A DNA stretch of 64,000 nucleotides from contig CAVXTH010000006.1 in NCBI GenBank assembly GCA_963764625.1, forward strand, positions 416,001-480,000. The letters run 5' to 3'. The translations under genes were made by a program, and so were the position numbers. Each line of letters starts with the position of its first letter. The stretch's first letter is position 1. Of the stretch, positions 22,947-33,907 are shown in pieces. The DNA is from Candidatus Krumholzibacteriota bacterium (GTDB lineage: Bacteria > Krumholzibacteriota > Krumholzibacteriia > JAJRXK01). The notes beneath the pieces were generated by a model, which did not search any database, had not been told where the DNA came from, and saw nothing but the letters and a program-made list of their open reading frames with translations.

Positions 22947-25418
22947 ATGCGTAGATTGAAGTTTTCCTTTCACATTTTCCTTCTCACGTTCCTGGTTCTC
23001 GGGCTCGTCATGGCCAGTTCGGCCGTGGCCCAGGACGAGGCGCCCTGGACGGCGTCCGGTACGGGAACCTCGTTCAGCACCGACGCATCCGGCGTGGTCT
23101 TCTCGTTCGACACGGCGGATTCGGTCGATGCTTTGATCTATTCGACTCCGGAGGAATTCATGGAGTTCACTCTCTGGGGTGTGGGGGATGTGATCACCAC
23201 CACTCTGACAATCTCCGGACTGACTCCCAATCACGCCTATTGGATCTACACGACTGGGGAGGTGGAACCAGTGGTCGTCGAAGCCTCGACCGAGGGTGCC
23301 CTCACCATCCCGCTCGACGTGGAAACTGCCGTCGTGCGGTGGCTTCAACCGAGGCATTCGACACTGCTGTTGACGGCGAATGGCCTCGTAGACGCAAGTG
23401 GCGGCAGCTACCCGGGAGCAACCTGGGATCCTATGACGAACACGGCGACGCTCACTCAGGACGTCGATGAGACGATTCGGCTCATGACCGATGGGGTTAC
23501 CCTCGACGGCGGTGGATTCTGTCTGACCTCGGATGAAATGTACGGTATCACCATGGAGAAGTCCGGACAGACGGTGCAAAACATCACGGTGCATGCGATG
23601 CGCGTCGGAGTCTACATCCTTCAGGGCACCGTCCGAGATTCCCGGATCGAGATCGACGCCAATAGTTATATTGGATCGGGAGCATTCAGCCTTCCCAAGT
23701 GGTACCCATGCGGTCGTAGATGTCCGCCTGGAGGTTTTGGTCAAGATCCCCCCGCGGACACCGCCTTCATTACCGGGTGTGAGGTCACGGCACCAGGTAT
23801 TGCAGGAGGAGGAGTAATAATCGGTGGTTTCCTGGAAGACGGATACACGATCTACCACAACAATTTCCATTTTACCTATGCCCCACACTTCAACAGCGCG
23901 GCTGACAACATCTGGTCGGACCCGGTGCTCGGAGGCAATTACTGGGGTGCACTCTACAGCGGTGTCGATGCGGACGGCGACGGATTCGGCGATACTCCGT
24001 TTTCGGTCGGAGATGCTCACAACGTGGATTACCTCCCCCTTGTCGATCCCATCCCCCTCGGATTGCCGAACTGTGGTGAAACACCCCCGCCGGCCACGAC
24101 CGTCGCCCTCAGCGGTTCGGTTTCCTCGGACTGCGACGGGGCGCTCGCTGGGGTGGGAGTGAGCCTCACCCTTGCGTCCGGGGAAGTTCTCCAGACCAGC
24201 ACGGACAGCTTTGGAAACTACAACTTCGAGGCCGACGCGGGCTCCGGTCCTGGAACGGTGGCGATCGCGATTCCGGGTGGCTACGAAGCTGCGAGTTCTT
24301 CATCGAGCGTTGCGCTGGATGCGGACGCGACGGTGGATTTCTCGCTGAGCTGCATCTACGTGGACGTCACGGGCAGCGTGCTCTCCGATTGCAACGGACC
24401 CGCTCTGGTGACGGTGGATCTGGCCTACGGCTCGACCTTCCTCACCAGCAGCACCGACGCCGATGGCAACTATCTCTTCGAGCACCTGCGCTGGACCGAA
24501 GAATCGGCCGAGATCAGCATCGTGGTGCCTTTGGGCATGGTGGCGCTCTCCCCCGAGTTCGGACAGGCCGCGGTTTCACTGACCGACGACGTGGTCTTGC
24601 CGTTCTCGCTGGAGTGTCTGGCGACCACGGGCGAGGTGCGCTCCATGGGCTACTGGAAGCACCAGGCGCGGGTCCATCTCTACGGCAAGGGTTCGGCTCA
24701 GGAGAGCTACGAGGACATGGCGACCAACTACCCGGCCGCCATCTTCAGCCACTTCTACGAGAACGAACTCAACAGCATCCAGGTTCCGGGCGTGAGCTGC
24801 ATGGTCTCGGGTGGCAGCTCGGTGCCGATCGATCTCGCCCAGATCGATCAGAGCCTGAACGTGAATCACGGCGGGACCCTGCTGGATCGCGCCAAGCAAC
24901 AGTTCCTGGCCGCGCTCTTGAACGTGGCTTCGGGCAAGTTGCAGACCTGGACCGTGGTTTCCGAGGATGGCTTCACCGCGAGCCAGGCCCTGCAGGACGT
25001 TGCCGACAGGATCAACGACGGTGACACGACCAACGACGAGCTGGCCAAGGACATCGCGGAGGCGCTGAACCTGGGTCAGACGGTGGCGGCCGGTGCGATC
25101 CGCGATCAGTGGAGCAACATCTCGTACAAGGGCGCGCCCATCCCCTCCGCGCAGACGTACGAGCTGGAGCAAAACAGTCCCAATCCCTTCAATCCGCAGA
25201 CCACGATCCGCTTCAGCCTGCCGAAGGCCATGTCCTACGAGCTGACGATCTACAACGCCGCCGGGCGTGTGGTGGATCGAATTGACGCCAACGGTCAGGC
25301 GGGAAACAACGCCGTGATCTGGAACGGGAAGGGCGGCTCGGTCGCGAGCGGGATCTACCTGTATCGCTTGCAGGCCGGCAGCTTCGTCCAAACGCGAAGG
25401 ATGGTGCTCGTGAAGTGA
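22947..25418 (+). CDS. Secreted protein with beta-helix/NosD-like region, Ig-like repeats and FlgD-Ig/T9SS-like C-terminal domain
   Basis: Signal peptide ending AVA-Q. GGNYWG...DADGDGFGDTP is typical of NosD-like repeats. Tail QNSPNPFNPQTTIRFSL...RRMVLVK. Confidence 0.7.
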   Translation: MRRLKFSFHIFLLTFLVLGLVMASSAVAQDEAPWTASGTGTSFSTDASGVVFSFDTADSVDALIYSTPEEFMEFTLWGVGDVITTTLTISGLTPNHAYWIYTTGEVEPVVVEASTEGALTIPLDVETAVVRWLQPRHSTLLLTANGLVDASGGSYPGATWDPMTNTATLTQDVDETIRLMTDGVTLDGGGFCLTSDEMYGITMEKSGQTVQNITVHAMRVGVYILQGTVRDSRIEIDANSYIGSGAFSLPKWYPCGRRCPPGGFGQDPPADTAFITGCEVTAPGIAGGGVIIGGFLEDGYTIYHNNFHFTYAPHFNSAADNIWSDPVLGGNYWGALYSGVDADGDGFGDTPFSVGDAHNVDYLPLVDPIPLGLPNCGETPPPATTVALSGSVSSDCDGALAGVGVSLTLASGEVLQTSTDSFGNYNFEADAGSGPGTVAIAIPGGYEAASSSSSVALDADATVDFSLSCIYVDVTGSVLSDCNGPALVTVDLAYGSTFLTSSTDADGNYLFEHLRWTEESAEISIVVPLGMVALSPEFGQAAVSLTDDVVLPFSLECLATTGEVRSMGYWKHQARVHLYGKGSAQESYEDMATNYPAAIFSHFYENELNSIQVPGVSCMVSGGSSVPIDLAQIDQSLNVNHGGTLLDRAKQQFLAALLNVASGKLQTWTVVSEDGFTASQALQDVADRINDGDTTNDELAKDIAEALNLGQTVAAGAIRDQWSNISYKGAPIPSAQTYELEQNSPNPFNPQTTIRFSLPKAMSYELTIYNAAGRVVDRIDANGQAGNNAVIWNGKGGSVASGIYLYRLQAGSFVQTRRMVLVK

Positions 25419-25447
25419 GCCACAACGGCTGACTAGTTCTTCGTGTG

Positions 25448-25516
25448 GAGCCCCGGGCCTCGTCCCGGGGCTCTTCCTCGTGGCAGTGGAGGGGAGGGGG
25501 AGCCTTCCCCGTCCAC
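25448..25516 (+). terminator. Two tandem GC-rich hairpins, probable terminator
   Basis: GAGCCCCGGG / CCCGGGGCTC (25448-25473) and an imperfect GTGGAGGGGAGG / CCTTCCCCGTCCAC stem. The U-tract is weak. Confidence 0.5.
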
Positions 25517-25618
25517 TAGATGCAGTGGTTCCTACGTGTCGCATTGGACCTCCGCCCTTTGAAGTCCTACATTGGCCGCGCGTTGATCCCAATCACCTTT
25601 TCTGAGGGAAGGACGGCC

Positions 25619-27018
25619 ATGGCGAGCTATCGCAAGGAACGAGATTCGATGGGCGAGATGCAGGTCCCCAGCTGGGCGTTGTGGGGGGCCAGCACCCAAC
25701 GCGCCGTCGAGAATTTTCCCATCTCCGGCCGGCCGGTACCGGCCGAAATCATCCACGCCTTCGGTCACTTGAAGGCGGCCTGCGCGCAGGCGAATCTCAG
25801 CCTGGGTAAGATCTCCCAGGCCAAGGCGAAAGCCATCATCCGTTCGGCCAACGAACTGGCCAAGGGTGAGCTCGACGAGCACTTCCCCGTCGACGTCTTC
25901 CAGACCGGTTCGGGAACTTCCACCAACATGAACGCCAACGAGGTCATCGCGAACCATGCCGCCAAGCTCAAGGGCAAGCCGGTGGGGGCGAAGGATCCGC
26001 TGCATCCCAACGATCACGTGAACATGGGGCAGAGCTCCAACGACACCTTTCCCACCGCCCTGCACGTGGCGGTCGCGATCGAGATGCAACAGCAGTTACG
26101 CCCTGCCATGGTGAAGATGCAGCGCGAGCTCAAGAAGAAGGCGCGCAAGTGGGATCGCGTCACCAAGATCGGCCGCACCCATCTCATGGACGCCACTCCG
26201 ATTCGGGTGGGTCAGGTCTTTTCCGGCTACGCCTCGCAGATCGAGCACGGCATCCGCCGCATCGATCGCACCTTGGAGGGTCTCTCCGAGCTGGCCATCG
26301 GCGGCACCGCGGTGGGCACCGGGATCAACACCCATCCTCGTTTCGCGGGCAAAGTCTGCAAGGAGTTGAGCCGCCGCACCAAGGTGAAGTTCAAGGAGGC
26401 GGAAAACCATCGCGAAGCCCAGGCTGCCAAGGACGCCATCGTGGACGCCTCCGGCGCCCTGAAGACCATCGCGGTGAGCCTCTCCAAGATCGCCAACGAC
26501 ATCCGCTGGCTGGGCAGCGGCCCGCGCTGTGGCATCGGCGAGCTGCAGCTTCCCGCCACCCAACCGGGCTCCTCCATCATGCCGGGCAAGGTGAATCCGG
26601 TGATGTGCGAGAGCATGGTGCAGGTCGCGGCGCGCGTGGTGGGCAACGACGCCGTCATCACCTACGCCGGCTTCGGCGGGGTGGGCTCCATCCTCGAGCT
26701 CAACGTGGCGATGCCGCTCATGGCGGATGCGATCCTGGAGAACATCCGCATCCTGAGCCACGTTCTCGATGCCTTCGTGGAGAAGCTGCTCGTCGACTCG
26801 AGGTCGATCGCAAGCGCATCAAGGGCCTGCTGGAGCAGTCGCTGATGGTGGTGACGAGCCTGGCTCCGGCCATCGGCTACGACGCCGCCTCCAAGCTGGC
26901 CAAGCGCGCGCTGAAGGAAGGGAGGACGATTCGCGAATTGGCGCTGGAGGAGAAAGTGCTCGACGCCAAGGAGCTGAACGTCCTGCTCGATCCGGCCCGC
27001 ATGACCGAGCCGCACTGA
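25619..27018 (+). CDS. fumC: Class II fumarate hydratase (one frameshift near 26800)
   Basis: QTGSGTSTNMNANEVI, KIGRTHLMDA and GSSIMPGKVNP signatures. C-terminus SLMVVTSLAPAIGYD...LDPARMT is in an alternate frame. Confidence 0.93.
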
Positions 27019-27057
27019 GGCGCGAGGCGCGCGCAGGGGAAGAGGACGGCGCGCGAC

Positions 27058-28423
27058 TCAACGCGAGGGCAGTCTCGACCCGACCATCGAACGGGCTCGG
27101 GCCGGGCCTGCTCGCAGGATCCAAAGCACCAGAGTGATCGCCACCACCGCCAGTCCGAGAGCGAGACCCCACCAGAGTCCCGCCAGCCCCCAGTCGGTGT
27201 GCAAGCCCAGCCAATAGGCCAGGGGTAGGGCGAGGGCGTAATAGCCCAGCAAGATTGATGAGCGCGGCCGGCAGGGTACTTCCCATGCCGCGCAGGACTC
27301 CACCGCCGGTGACCTGGGTGCCGTCGAAGAGCTGGAAGGCGGCGGCGATGGGGAGGATGGAGGATGCCAGCTCCACCACCTCCGCGTTCTTGGTGTAGAG
27401 CAGGGGCAGCAGGTGTCGGGTGGCGACGATGACCAGCGCCGAGAGCGCCATCACTCCGGCGCCCATCCCCACCGCCAACCACGCGCTCTGCTGGGCGCCG
27501 CGGGAGTCTCCCTGGCCGATTCTCTGCCCCACGCGCGTGACGGCGGCCAGCGCGATGCCCAGGGGCACCATGAAGGTGAGCGAGGCCAGGTTCAGGACGA
27601 TGGTGTGCGCGGCCAGCGCCACTTCCCCCAGCCGGCCCGCCATCAGGGTGCAAATCTGAAACGCCCACACTTCCAGGCTGAGTTGGATCCCCACCGGCAC
27701 GCCCAGGACCAGGAGCTGCCGCAGCCCGGCGAGCTCCAGGCACTGCCGGCTGAGCGGAACCCAGGCGCCGCGTTGCAGGCGCCACCGGGTGATGATCCAC
27801 AGCAGCATTCCGCACATGAGCACGCGCGAGAGCCCGGTGGCCAGACCGGCACCGCGCAGCCCCATGGCGGGAACACCCAGGTGTCCGAAGATTAGAATCC
27901 AGTTGAAGGAAGCATTGAAAATATTTGCTGCCAAAGCGACTAGAAGAGCAGGCCGTACGATGCCCCGGCCCTGCAGATACTGACGCAGGGCAGTGTAGAC
28001 CAGGAAGAACGCCACCGTCGGAATCTGCACCCGGGTGTAGATCGCGGCCTGCGCGGCCAGCTGTTTTTCCTGCCCCAGCAGCACCAGCGCCGGCCCAGTG
28101 AGGCCCCACAGCACGCTGATGGGAAGGCTGATGAGGAGGGCGAGGAGGACGCCCCGTTGCAGGGTGAGCCCCAGGAGCTGACGGTCGCGCGCGCCTGCCG
28201 CCTGGGTGATCAGGGGATCCATCCCGATGACCGCGCCCATGGCGAAGATGAGGGTGCCGAAGGTCCAGAGGTGCCCCAGGGCCGCTGCGGCCAGAGCCTC
28301 CACGCTGAGATGCCCCACCATGAGGGTGTCCACCACGCCCAACATCATTGTCGCCACTTGCGTGACGATGACCGGAACCGCCAGGTTCCACAGACGCCGG
28401 GCTTCCTCTCTGCGGCCGCTCAT
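27058..28423 (-). CDS. MATE-family efflux transporter (frameshift near 27250)
   Basis: LAVPVIVTQVATMMLGVVDTLMVG and FQLFDGTQVTGGGVLRGMG. The last helices (GYYALALPLAYWL...GLWWGL) are in the 27058-27303 frame. Confidence 0.88.
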
Positions 28424-30379
28424 GGTTCGTTCCTTCGTGGAGTCTTCAGGAGCCACGCTCCGCACAGGAGCAACACGAGCGAGAGCAACCAGGCCAAGGG
28501 GCCGTCGAGAGCGAACGGCACTTCGTGGCTTTGGAACCAGATTCCTCCCACCAGGAGGCTGCCGTTGTAGCTGAGGTGAAAGAGCATGGCGGGAAGAATC
28601 GAGCCTGAGCGGACGACGAGCAGACCGAGCACGACACCCAGAGCGGCGGTGGGCACAAAACGGAAGATGCTCAGATGGATGAGTCCGAAGAACACCGCCG
28701 TCGTGAGTACGGCCCAACGCGTGCTGCCCACGCGTCGCAAGAGTCCGAGAAAGACGCCGCGAAACAGCAACTCTTCACAGATGGCGGGAGAGAGGGCGCC
28801 CAGCGCGAAGATCTTCCAGCTCGCGAGTCCGGAGAACACACTCTGCAGCTCCTGGGCCATCGAGCGCGGTGTGGGAAGGAAGCGTCCTTGCAATGGCATC
28901 CACCCGCCCATGATCGGAAGCAACAAGCCCAGGGCGAGAAGCACCGCCGCCACCAAGATGTGGGGAGGAGGCTTGCGCAGCGAGAGCAGCTCGAGGAGCG
29001 CACCTCCGTTGCTGCCCAGCCAGAGCGAGAGCGCGCCGAGAATTGGCAAGAGTAGCCAGAGACTCATGACCACGCCTGCCACCTGGAATCGAGACTGGAG
29101 CAGACTGCCCAGGTAGAAGTAGACCAGAACCGAGAATGACATGGCCAGAAGCGCGGCTCGCCGTCGACCCGAAGCGCTTCTGGACAAGAAGGGTTCGGGA
29201 TCGAAACCCAGCACCATCTCCTCGCGCCGCAATTGCCCGGCCACCCAGCGCAGAACCAGGAAACTCCAGAAGAAGCTGGCGAGGCTGACTTCCACGATGC
29301 TCGCGGGGTGGATCTGGCCGGCGAGAAGATCGCGCATGGCCAGGGCCACGTTCACCACGGGTATCAGGGCCACCGCAAAGTCGAGTTGGACAGCCTGGCT
29401 CGCGCTCAAAAGACCTGCGCCGAAGCACAGCAGCATGGTGGGAAGCACCAGCTGCTGGGCTTCCTTGAGACTGCGCGCGTAGGTCGAGAAGCCGAGCAGG
29501 ATTCCTCCCAACAGGATGGCCAGAGGTACGACCAGGGCTGCGGCGGCGAGCAAGGCGCCGAGCGAGAGCGAGGCATGCGCGCTGTTAGCCGCGCCGTCCA
29601 TGAGCCCGGCCGAATAGCAGGCCGCGATGCTCAACAGGCTCAGGATCCCCGAGAGACTCGTTCCCGCGACCACGACCACCACTTTGGAGAGAGCGATCTC
29701 TTCGCGGGGCACCGGAGCGAGGTACAGCGTCTCCAGGGTTCCCCGTTCCTTCTCTCCGGCGACGAGGTCGCTGGCCAGCGCCGCGCCGCTCACGAAGAGA
29801 GTCATGAGAAGGATGTAGACGATCTGGCGTCCCGCTCTTGCCCCCGCGGCCGCGCTGGCTCGCGAGGTGTCCAGGGTCACGAAGGCGGCCAGAGAATCCA
29901 GACTGCCTTCGCCCCCGCGCGCGAGATAGCGCTGTTGCCGTTCTCGATCGCGCAGACCCGTCAGGACTGCTTTGCCCCGATCCAGAGCGCCACGACTGCG
30001 CTCCCGCGTGCTGCGGTAGCGCAGCTCTACCGTCGCGCTGGAATCGGCTCCCATCGGACTGAGCCCCGCCTTCGCGTCCACGATGAGATCGATCGACTCC
30101 GTTCGCGAGCGCGCTCTCTGCCGAGTCGGGCAGGTCCACCAACACAAGGGTGCTGTCGGCCTCGAGAGCCGCGCGCAGCACTTGCGAATCGCCCAGGAGA
30201 CACACGCGTGAGACGATCTGCTCCTCACTCGCCGCGTGCCGCCGTTGCAGGCCAGAGGAGAGCAGGAAGAGCAGGGGGTAGAGAAATACCGGCAGGAAGA
30301 CGCCGAAGAGCATTGCCCTTCGGTCGGCACGGAGCTCGAGAAACTCCTTCCGCACCAAGACGAGCCAAGTTCGGTTCAC
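28420..30379 (-). CDS. NatB-like ABC permease fused to a CPBP (Abi/CAAX) intramembrane protease (frameshifts near 30095-30135)
   Basis: KEFLELRADRR start, AGEKERGTLETL, and CPBP motifs EELLFRG, FGLIH and PAMLFHLSYN. Confidence 0.85.
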
Positions 30380-31131
30380 GCTGCGTCCTCTTGAACGATC
30401 TGCCGGAAGATGTTCTCGAGATAGTGTTCGCCTGAACTCTGACGCAATTCCTCCAAGGTTCCCATGGCCCGGATGCTTCCCTGGTGGAGAATTCCGATGC
30501 GATCGCACAGGCGCTCCGCTTCGCTCATGATGTGGGTCGAAAAGAGAACGCACTTCCCTTCGGCGCGCGCCCTTTGCACGAACTCGAGAGTGGTGGAGGC
30601 AGCCAACACGTCGAGTCCGCTGGTGGGTTCATCGAGAATCAGCACCGGCGGATCGTGGACGACGGTACGCGCGATGTTGACCTTCTGCTTCATACCGGTG
30701 GAGAGTTTCTCGCAGCGCTGATCTGCGTAACGATCCACCCCGAAGGTGCGCAGCACTTCGGCCACCCGGGAGGCGAGTGCTGCTCCTTTCAGGCCGTGCA
30801 ATTCCCCGAAGAGGGTGATCATCTCCTGCGCCGTCAGGCGGTGATAGAGCCCGGTGGTCCCCGAGAGAAAACCGATGGAGCGGCGGACCGCCTGTGATTG
30901 GCTGCCGACATCGTAGCCGTTCACGCGGGCAGAACCGCGGGTGGGTGAGAGTGCGGTCGAGAGCATTCGCAGAGTGGTGGTCTTACCCGCGCCATTGAGC
31001 CCGAGGAGCCCGAAGATCTCGCCGGCGCGGCATTCGAAGCTAACTCCGTCCACCGCGCGCACCCCTTCGCCTCCGCGATGGTCGGGATAGATTTTCATCA
31101 AGTCGTGGGCCTCGATCAGAATCTCGCTCAC
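30376..31131 (-). CDS. ABC transporter ATP-binding protein (NatA-like)
   Basis: [23 protein letters not shown] and STH motifs. GTGA overlaps at both ends. Confidence 0.92.
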   Translation of the reverse strand: MSEILIEAHDLMKIYPDHRGGEGVRAVDGVSFECRAGEIFGLLGLNGAGKTTTLRMLSTALSPTRGSARVNGYDVGSQSQAVRRSIGFLSGTTGLYHRLTAQEMITLFGELHGLKGAALASRVAEVLRTFGVDRYADQRCEKLSTGMKQKVNIARTVVHDPPVLILDEPTSGLDVLAASTTLEFVQRARAEGKCVLFSTHIMSEAERLCDRIGILHQGSIRAMGTLEELRQSSGEHYLENIFRQIVQEDAA

Positions 31132-32381
31132 TGAGCTCTCCTTTGTCGCCCCAAGAGCCGGCGTAGATTCAGACTGGAATCGAACAGGATCTCCTCGCGC
31201 TGGCCGATCCGTGCCGCGAAGCTCAGGAGCAAGGCGGTAAGGACCGCGAGCGACGCCATGCTGAGCAGGGCGAGTCCGAGTTCGAATTGGCCACGGATCG
31301 CCTCTCGCAACAGCACTGCCACGTTCACGATGGGAATCAGGGAGAGGACCGGACTCAGCACGTCCCCCTGAGCGGCCATGACCAGCCCGGCCAGAGCGGG
31401 AAGTAGATAGAGCGGCATCAGCGCACTCTGCCCCTCGCGGTAGTTCTTGCTGGGAACCGCGGCGACCATCATGGCCGCCGAGAGAAACGCAGCCGTCAGG
31501 AGCGCGACACACACCACCAGAAGAAGCTCGCTCGGGCTCAACTGAAGGCCAAGTGCGCTCTGCAGCCCCATGAGCCGCAACGCGAACGAGAGGAAGAGGG
31601 CGAGGCTCGCGAAATTCAACAGGAACGAAACCACACTGGAGAGCGTCACGAAGAGGAATTTACCCAGGAGAATTTCTCCGCGCGTCAGGGGAGAGGTCAC
31701 CAGGGTTTCGAGTGTACCGCGTTCGCGCTCGCCCACCACCGTGTCGAGGGTGGCGTAGTAGGCTCCCTGGGGGAGCATGATCACCAGGAGCACCGGCACG
31801 AGCAGGGAGAGCACATAGCTGCTCACCTGGCTCCTGGAGGCGGTGTCGGTGGGGTTGATTAAGAGGGGGGCCATGTCTCCCGCACTCATCCCCACCGAGC
31901 GCCCAAGGGCTTCCCGCTTGCGCTGGACGTAGTCCCTTATCCCCTCGGCCAATGTGCGTCTGGCGCTGGCCGAGCGATCGCGCGAGGAATCGTAGAGCAC
32001 CAGGAATCTCTCTCCCTTCGCCCCCGGCTCGTTCAGGACCACTGCTTCGGGCGGGTCCTTGGGACTTTCCTCACGCAGGCGGCGGAACTCCTGCCCCCGG
32101 TCCTTCACCTGGGCAATCCATCCTTCCTCGGGGAGAGGAGCAAAGTGGAGGTTCTGGCTCGTTCTGAGCGAATCGCTGAGTTCGGTGGGGAGCGACGGGT
32201 CGAGATAGACCAGGCTGCTCGCCCTCTCGGTGGCGCCCTGAATGAGCAGGAAGACCTGCCAGGCCGAGAAGCCGAGAAAGGGGTAGAGGAAGAGCGGGAT
32301 GAGGAAGAGGTGCACCACGAGGCTGCGGTCGCGGAGAGCCTCCCGCGACTCCTTCTTCAGAATTCGAAGTGCTTGCTTCAT
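31128..32381 (-). CDS. ABC-2/NatB-like permease
   Basis: KESREALRDR and VGERERGTLETLVTSP motifs; multiple TM helices. Confidence 0.85.
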   Translation of the reverse strand: MKQALRILKKESREALRDRSLVVHLFLIPLFLYPFLGFSAWQVFLLIQGATERASSLVYLDPSLPTELSDSLRTSQNLHFAPLPEEGWIAQVKDRGQEFRRLREESPKDPPEAVVLNEPGAKGERFLVLYDSSRDRSASARRTLAEGIRDYVQRKREALGRSVGMSAGDMAPLLINPTDTASRSQVSSYVLSLLVPVLLVIMLPQGAYYATLDTVVGERERGTLETLVTSPLTRGEILLGKFLFVTLSSVVSFLLNFASLALFLSFALRLMGLQSALGLQLSPSELLLVVCVALLTAAFLSAAMMVAAVPSKNYREGQSALMPLYLLPALAGLVMAAQGDVLSPVLSLIPIVNVAVLLREAIRGQFELGLALLSMASLAVLTALLLSFAARIGQREEILFDSSLNLRRLLGRQRRAQ

Positions 32382-32458
32382 CGTGATCGAGGGTGGGGCG
32401 CCGTGAGTGCCCATACTCGCGGGCCCGTGCATTCAGGTCAAGCGCCGGCTGCGTCGGC

Positions 32459-33130
32459 TCAGGCTTCTGCCAGTCCCTCGCGAATGGCGAAGCGAGCCAG
32501 CTCGACGCGGTCGTGGATGTTGAGCTTGGCCATGAGCCGCGCGCTGTGATTCTCCACCGTCTTCACGCTCAGGTGCATGGTGCGTGCGATTTCTTTCTTG
32601 GGCAGTCCCTGAGCGATGTATCGGAGGACTTCGATCTCGCGCTGCGTCAAGAGCGAGACCGCGGTCTTTCCCTTTCCGGCGAGTTCCACCCGGTCGTCAT
32701 CCACCAACAGACGGGCGCGCACCTGCTCGGAGAAGTACGACCCCCCCGAGGCGACTTCTCGAATGGCTTCGAGGAGCACCGAGGGCTCATCCGATTTCAC
32801 CACGTATCCTCGGGCCTTCACCCTCAGAGCTTGCTCGATGTAGTGGTCGTGGAAGAACGCGCTCACGAAGATGATCTTGGGGGGTTCGTCCTGCGCGTTG
32901 AGGCGGTGCGCGGCGTCGAAGCAGATCATGCCCGGCATGTCGATGTCCATGAGGATGATGTTGGGCTTCAGCTGCTCGACTTTCTGGAGCAAGTCGTCCG
33001 CGCCGGGAAGGGTGTCAACCACCTCGAACCCCTCTTGGCGCGAGAGCTGGGCGGCCAGCGCTTCGCGCACCAGAGTGTGATCGTCCACGATCAGGATCTT
33101 GAGCCGGGCAGAAGATGCTTTCGCGTTCAC
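32459..33130 (-). CDS. NarL/LuxR-family response regulator
   Basis: ILIVDDH, LMDIDMP and GYVVK receiver motifs; LTQREIEVL...KTVENH HTH. Confidence 0.95.
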   Translation of the reverse strand: MNAKASSARLKILIVDDHTLVREALAAQLSRQEGFEVVDTLPGADDLLQKVEQLKPNIILMDIDMPGMICFDAAHRLNAQDEPPKIIFVSAFFHDHYIEQALRVKARGYVVKSDEPSVLLEAIREVASGGSYFSEQVRARLLVDDDRVELAGKGKTAVSLLTQREIEVLRYIAQGLPKKEIARTMHLSVKTVENHSARLMAKLNIHDRVELARFAIREGLAEA

Positions 33131-33900
33131 CGTGAATCATCTCCATTCTCCCAGCGGCATCGGTTGATCTCGGCAAGCAGCCGTGCGATGGGAAAGGGCT
33201 TATGCAGCACGACGAGCGAGGGGCCCTCCTCCACCTCGGCGCGTTGTTTCGATTCGGTGCTCATGAGGATCACCGGGAGGGTGGGGTATTTCGCGCGAAT
33301 GCGCAGCGCGCCCGCGCCCTTCTCCATTCCCCGAAGGGCCGAATCGACCACGAGCACCGGATGACGTGCCGCGTATTCGTCGCACAGGCGAAGGACCTCT
33401 TTGAAGCCGGAAGCCACGATGATCTCGTTTCCCGCCGCTTTGAGCCCGCTGCTCAGGATCGAGCGAATGAAGGTGTCGGCCACCGCGAATAGCACCAGGC
33501 CGGTCGAGCCGGGCGCGAGATCTTCGCACTCCCCTGGAGTTTCCGCCGGCCCATCTCCGTTCTCGTCCCCGGAACTCGACACCCTCGCGAGTTGCGTCTT
33601 GGGGGAGGATGTGCCGACGGTTTGATAGAGTTCGTCGTAGCGCAGGACTTCCTCCGAAAACCCCTGGATCGAGCGGGCTGCCGAATGGGCGGCCTCGACC
33701 GCCTTGGCAATCGCGCCCCTAGCCTCGTGCTCTTCGCCGAGCTGTCCGGCCGCGAGATCTATGTAGCCCAGTACCGCGGTGAGCGCATTGCTCACTTCGT
33801 GAGCGGTGCTCCGGCTCAGAAGAATGAGCGCCGCGAGGGCGTCTTCGGGAGACTGTGCCCGCTGGGACCAGGATCTCGGCTCATCGTGGGCAGCGAACAT
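33127..33900 (-). CDS. HisKA-like (DHp) plus receiver-like protein with no HATPase domain
   Basis: H-box AHEVSNALTAVLGY. Receiver elements LVVD, PVILMST and LHKPF. No N/G1/F/G2 boxes. Overlaps the response regulator start. Confidence 0.65.
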   Translation of the reverse strand: MFAAHDEPRSWSQRAQSPEDALAALILLSRSTAHEVSNALTAVLGYIDLAAGQLGEEHEARGAIAKAVEAAHSAARSIQGFSEEVLRYDELYQTVGTSSPKTQLARVSSSGDENGDGPAETPGECEDLAPGSTGLVLFAVADTFIRSILSSGLKAAGNEIIVASGFKEVLRLCDEYAARHPVLVVDSALRGMEKGAGALRIRAKYPTLPVILMSTESKQRAEVEEGPSLVVLHKPFPIARLLAEINRCRWENGDDSR

Positions 33901-33907
33901 GATCTCC

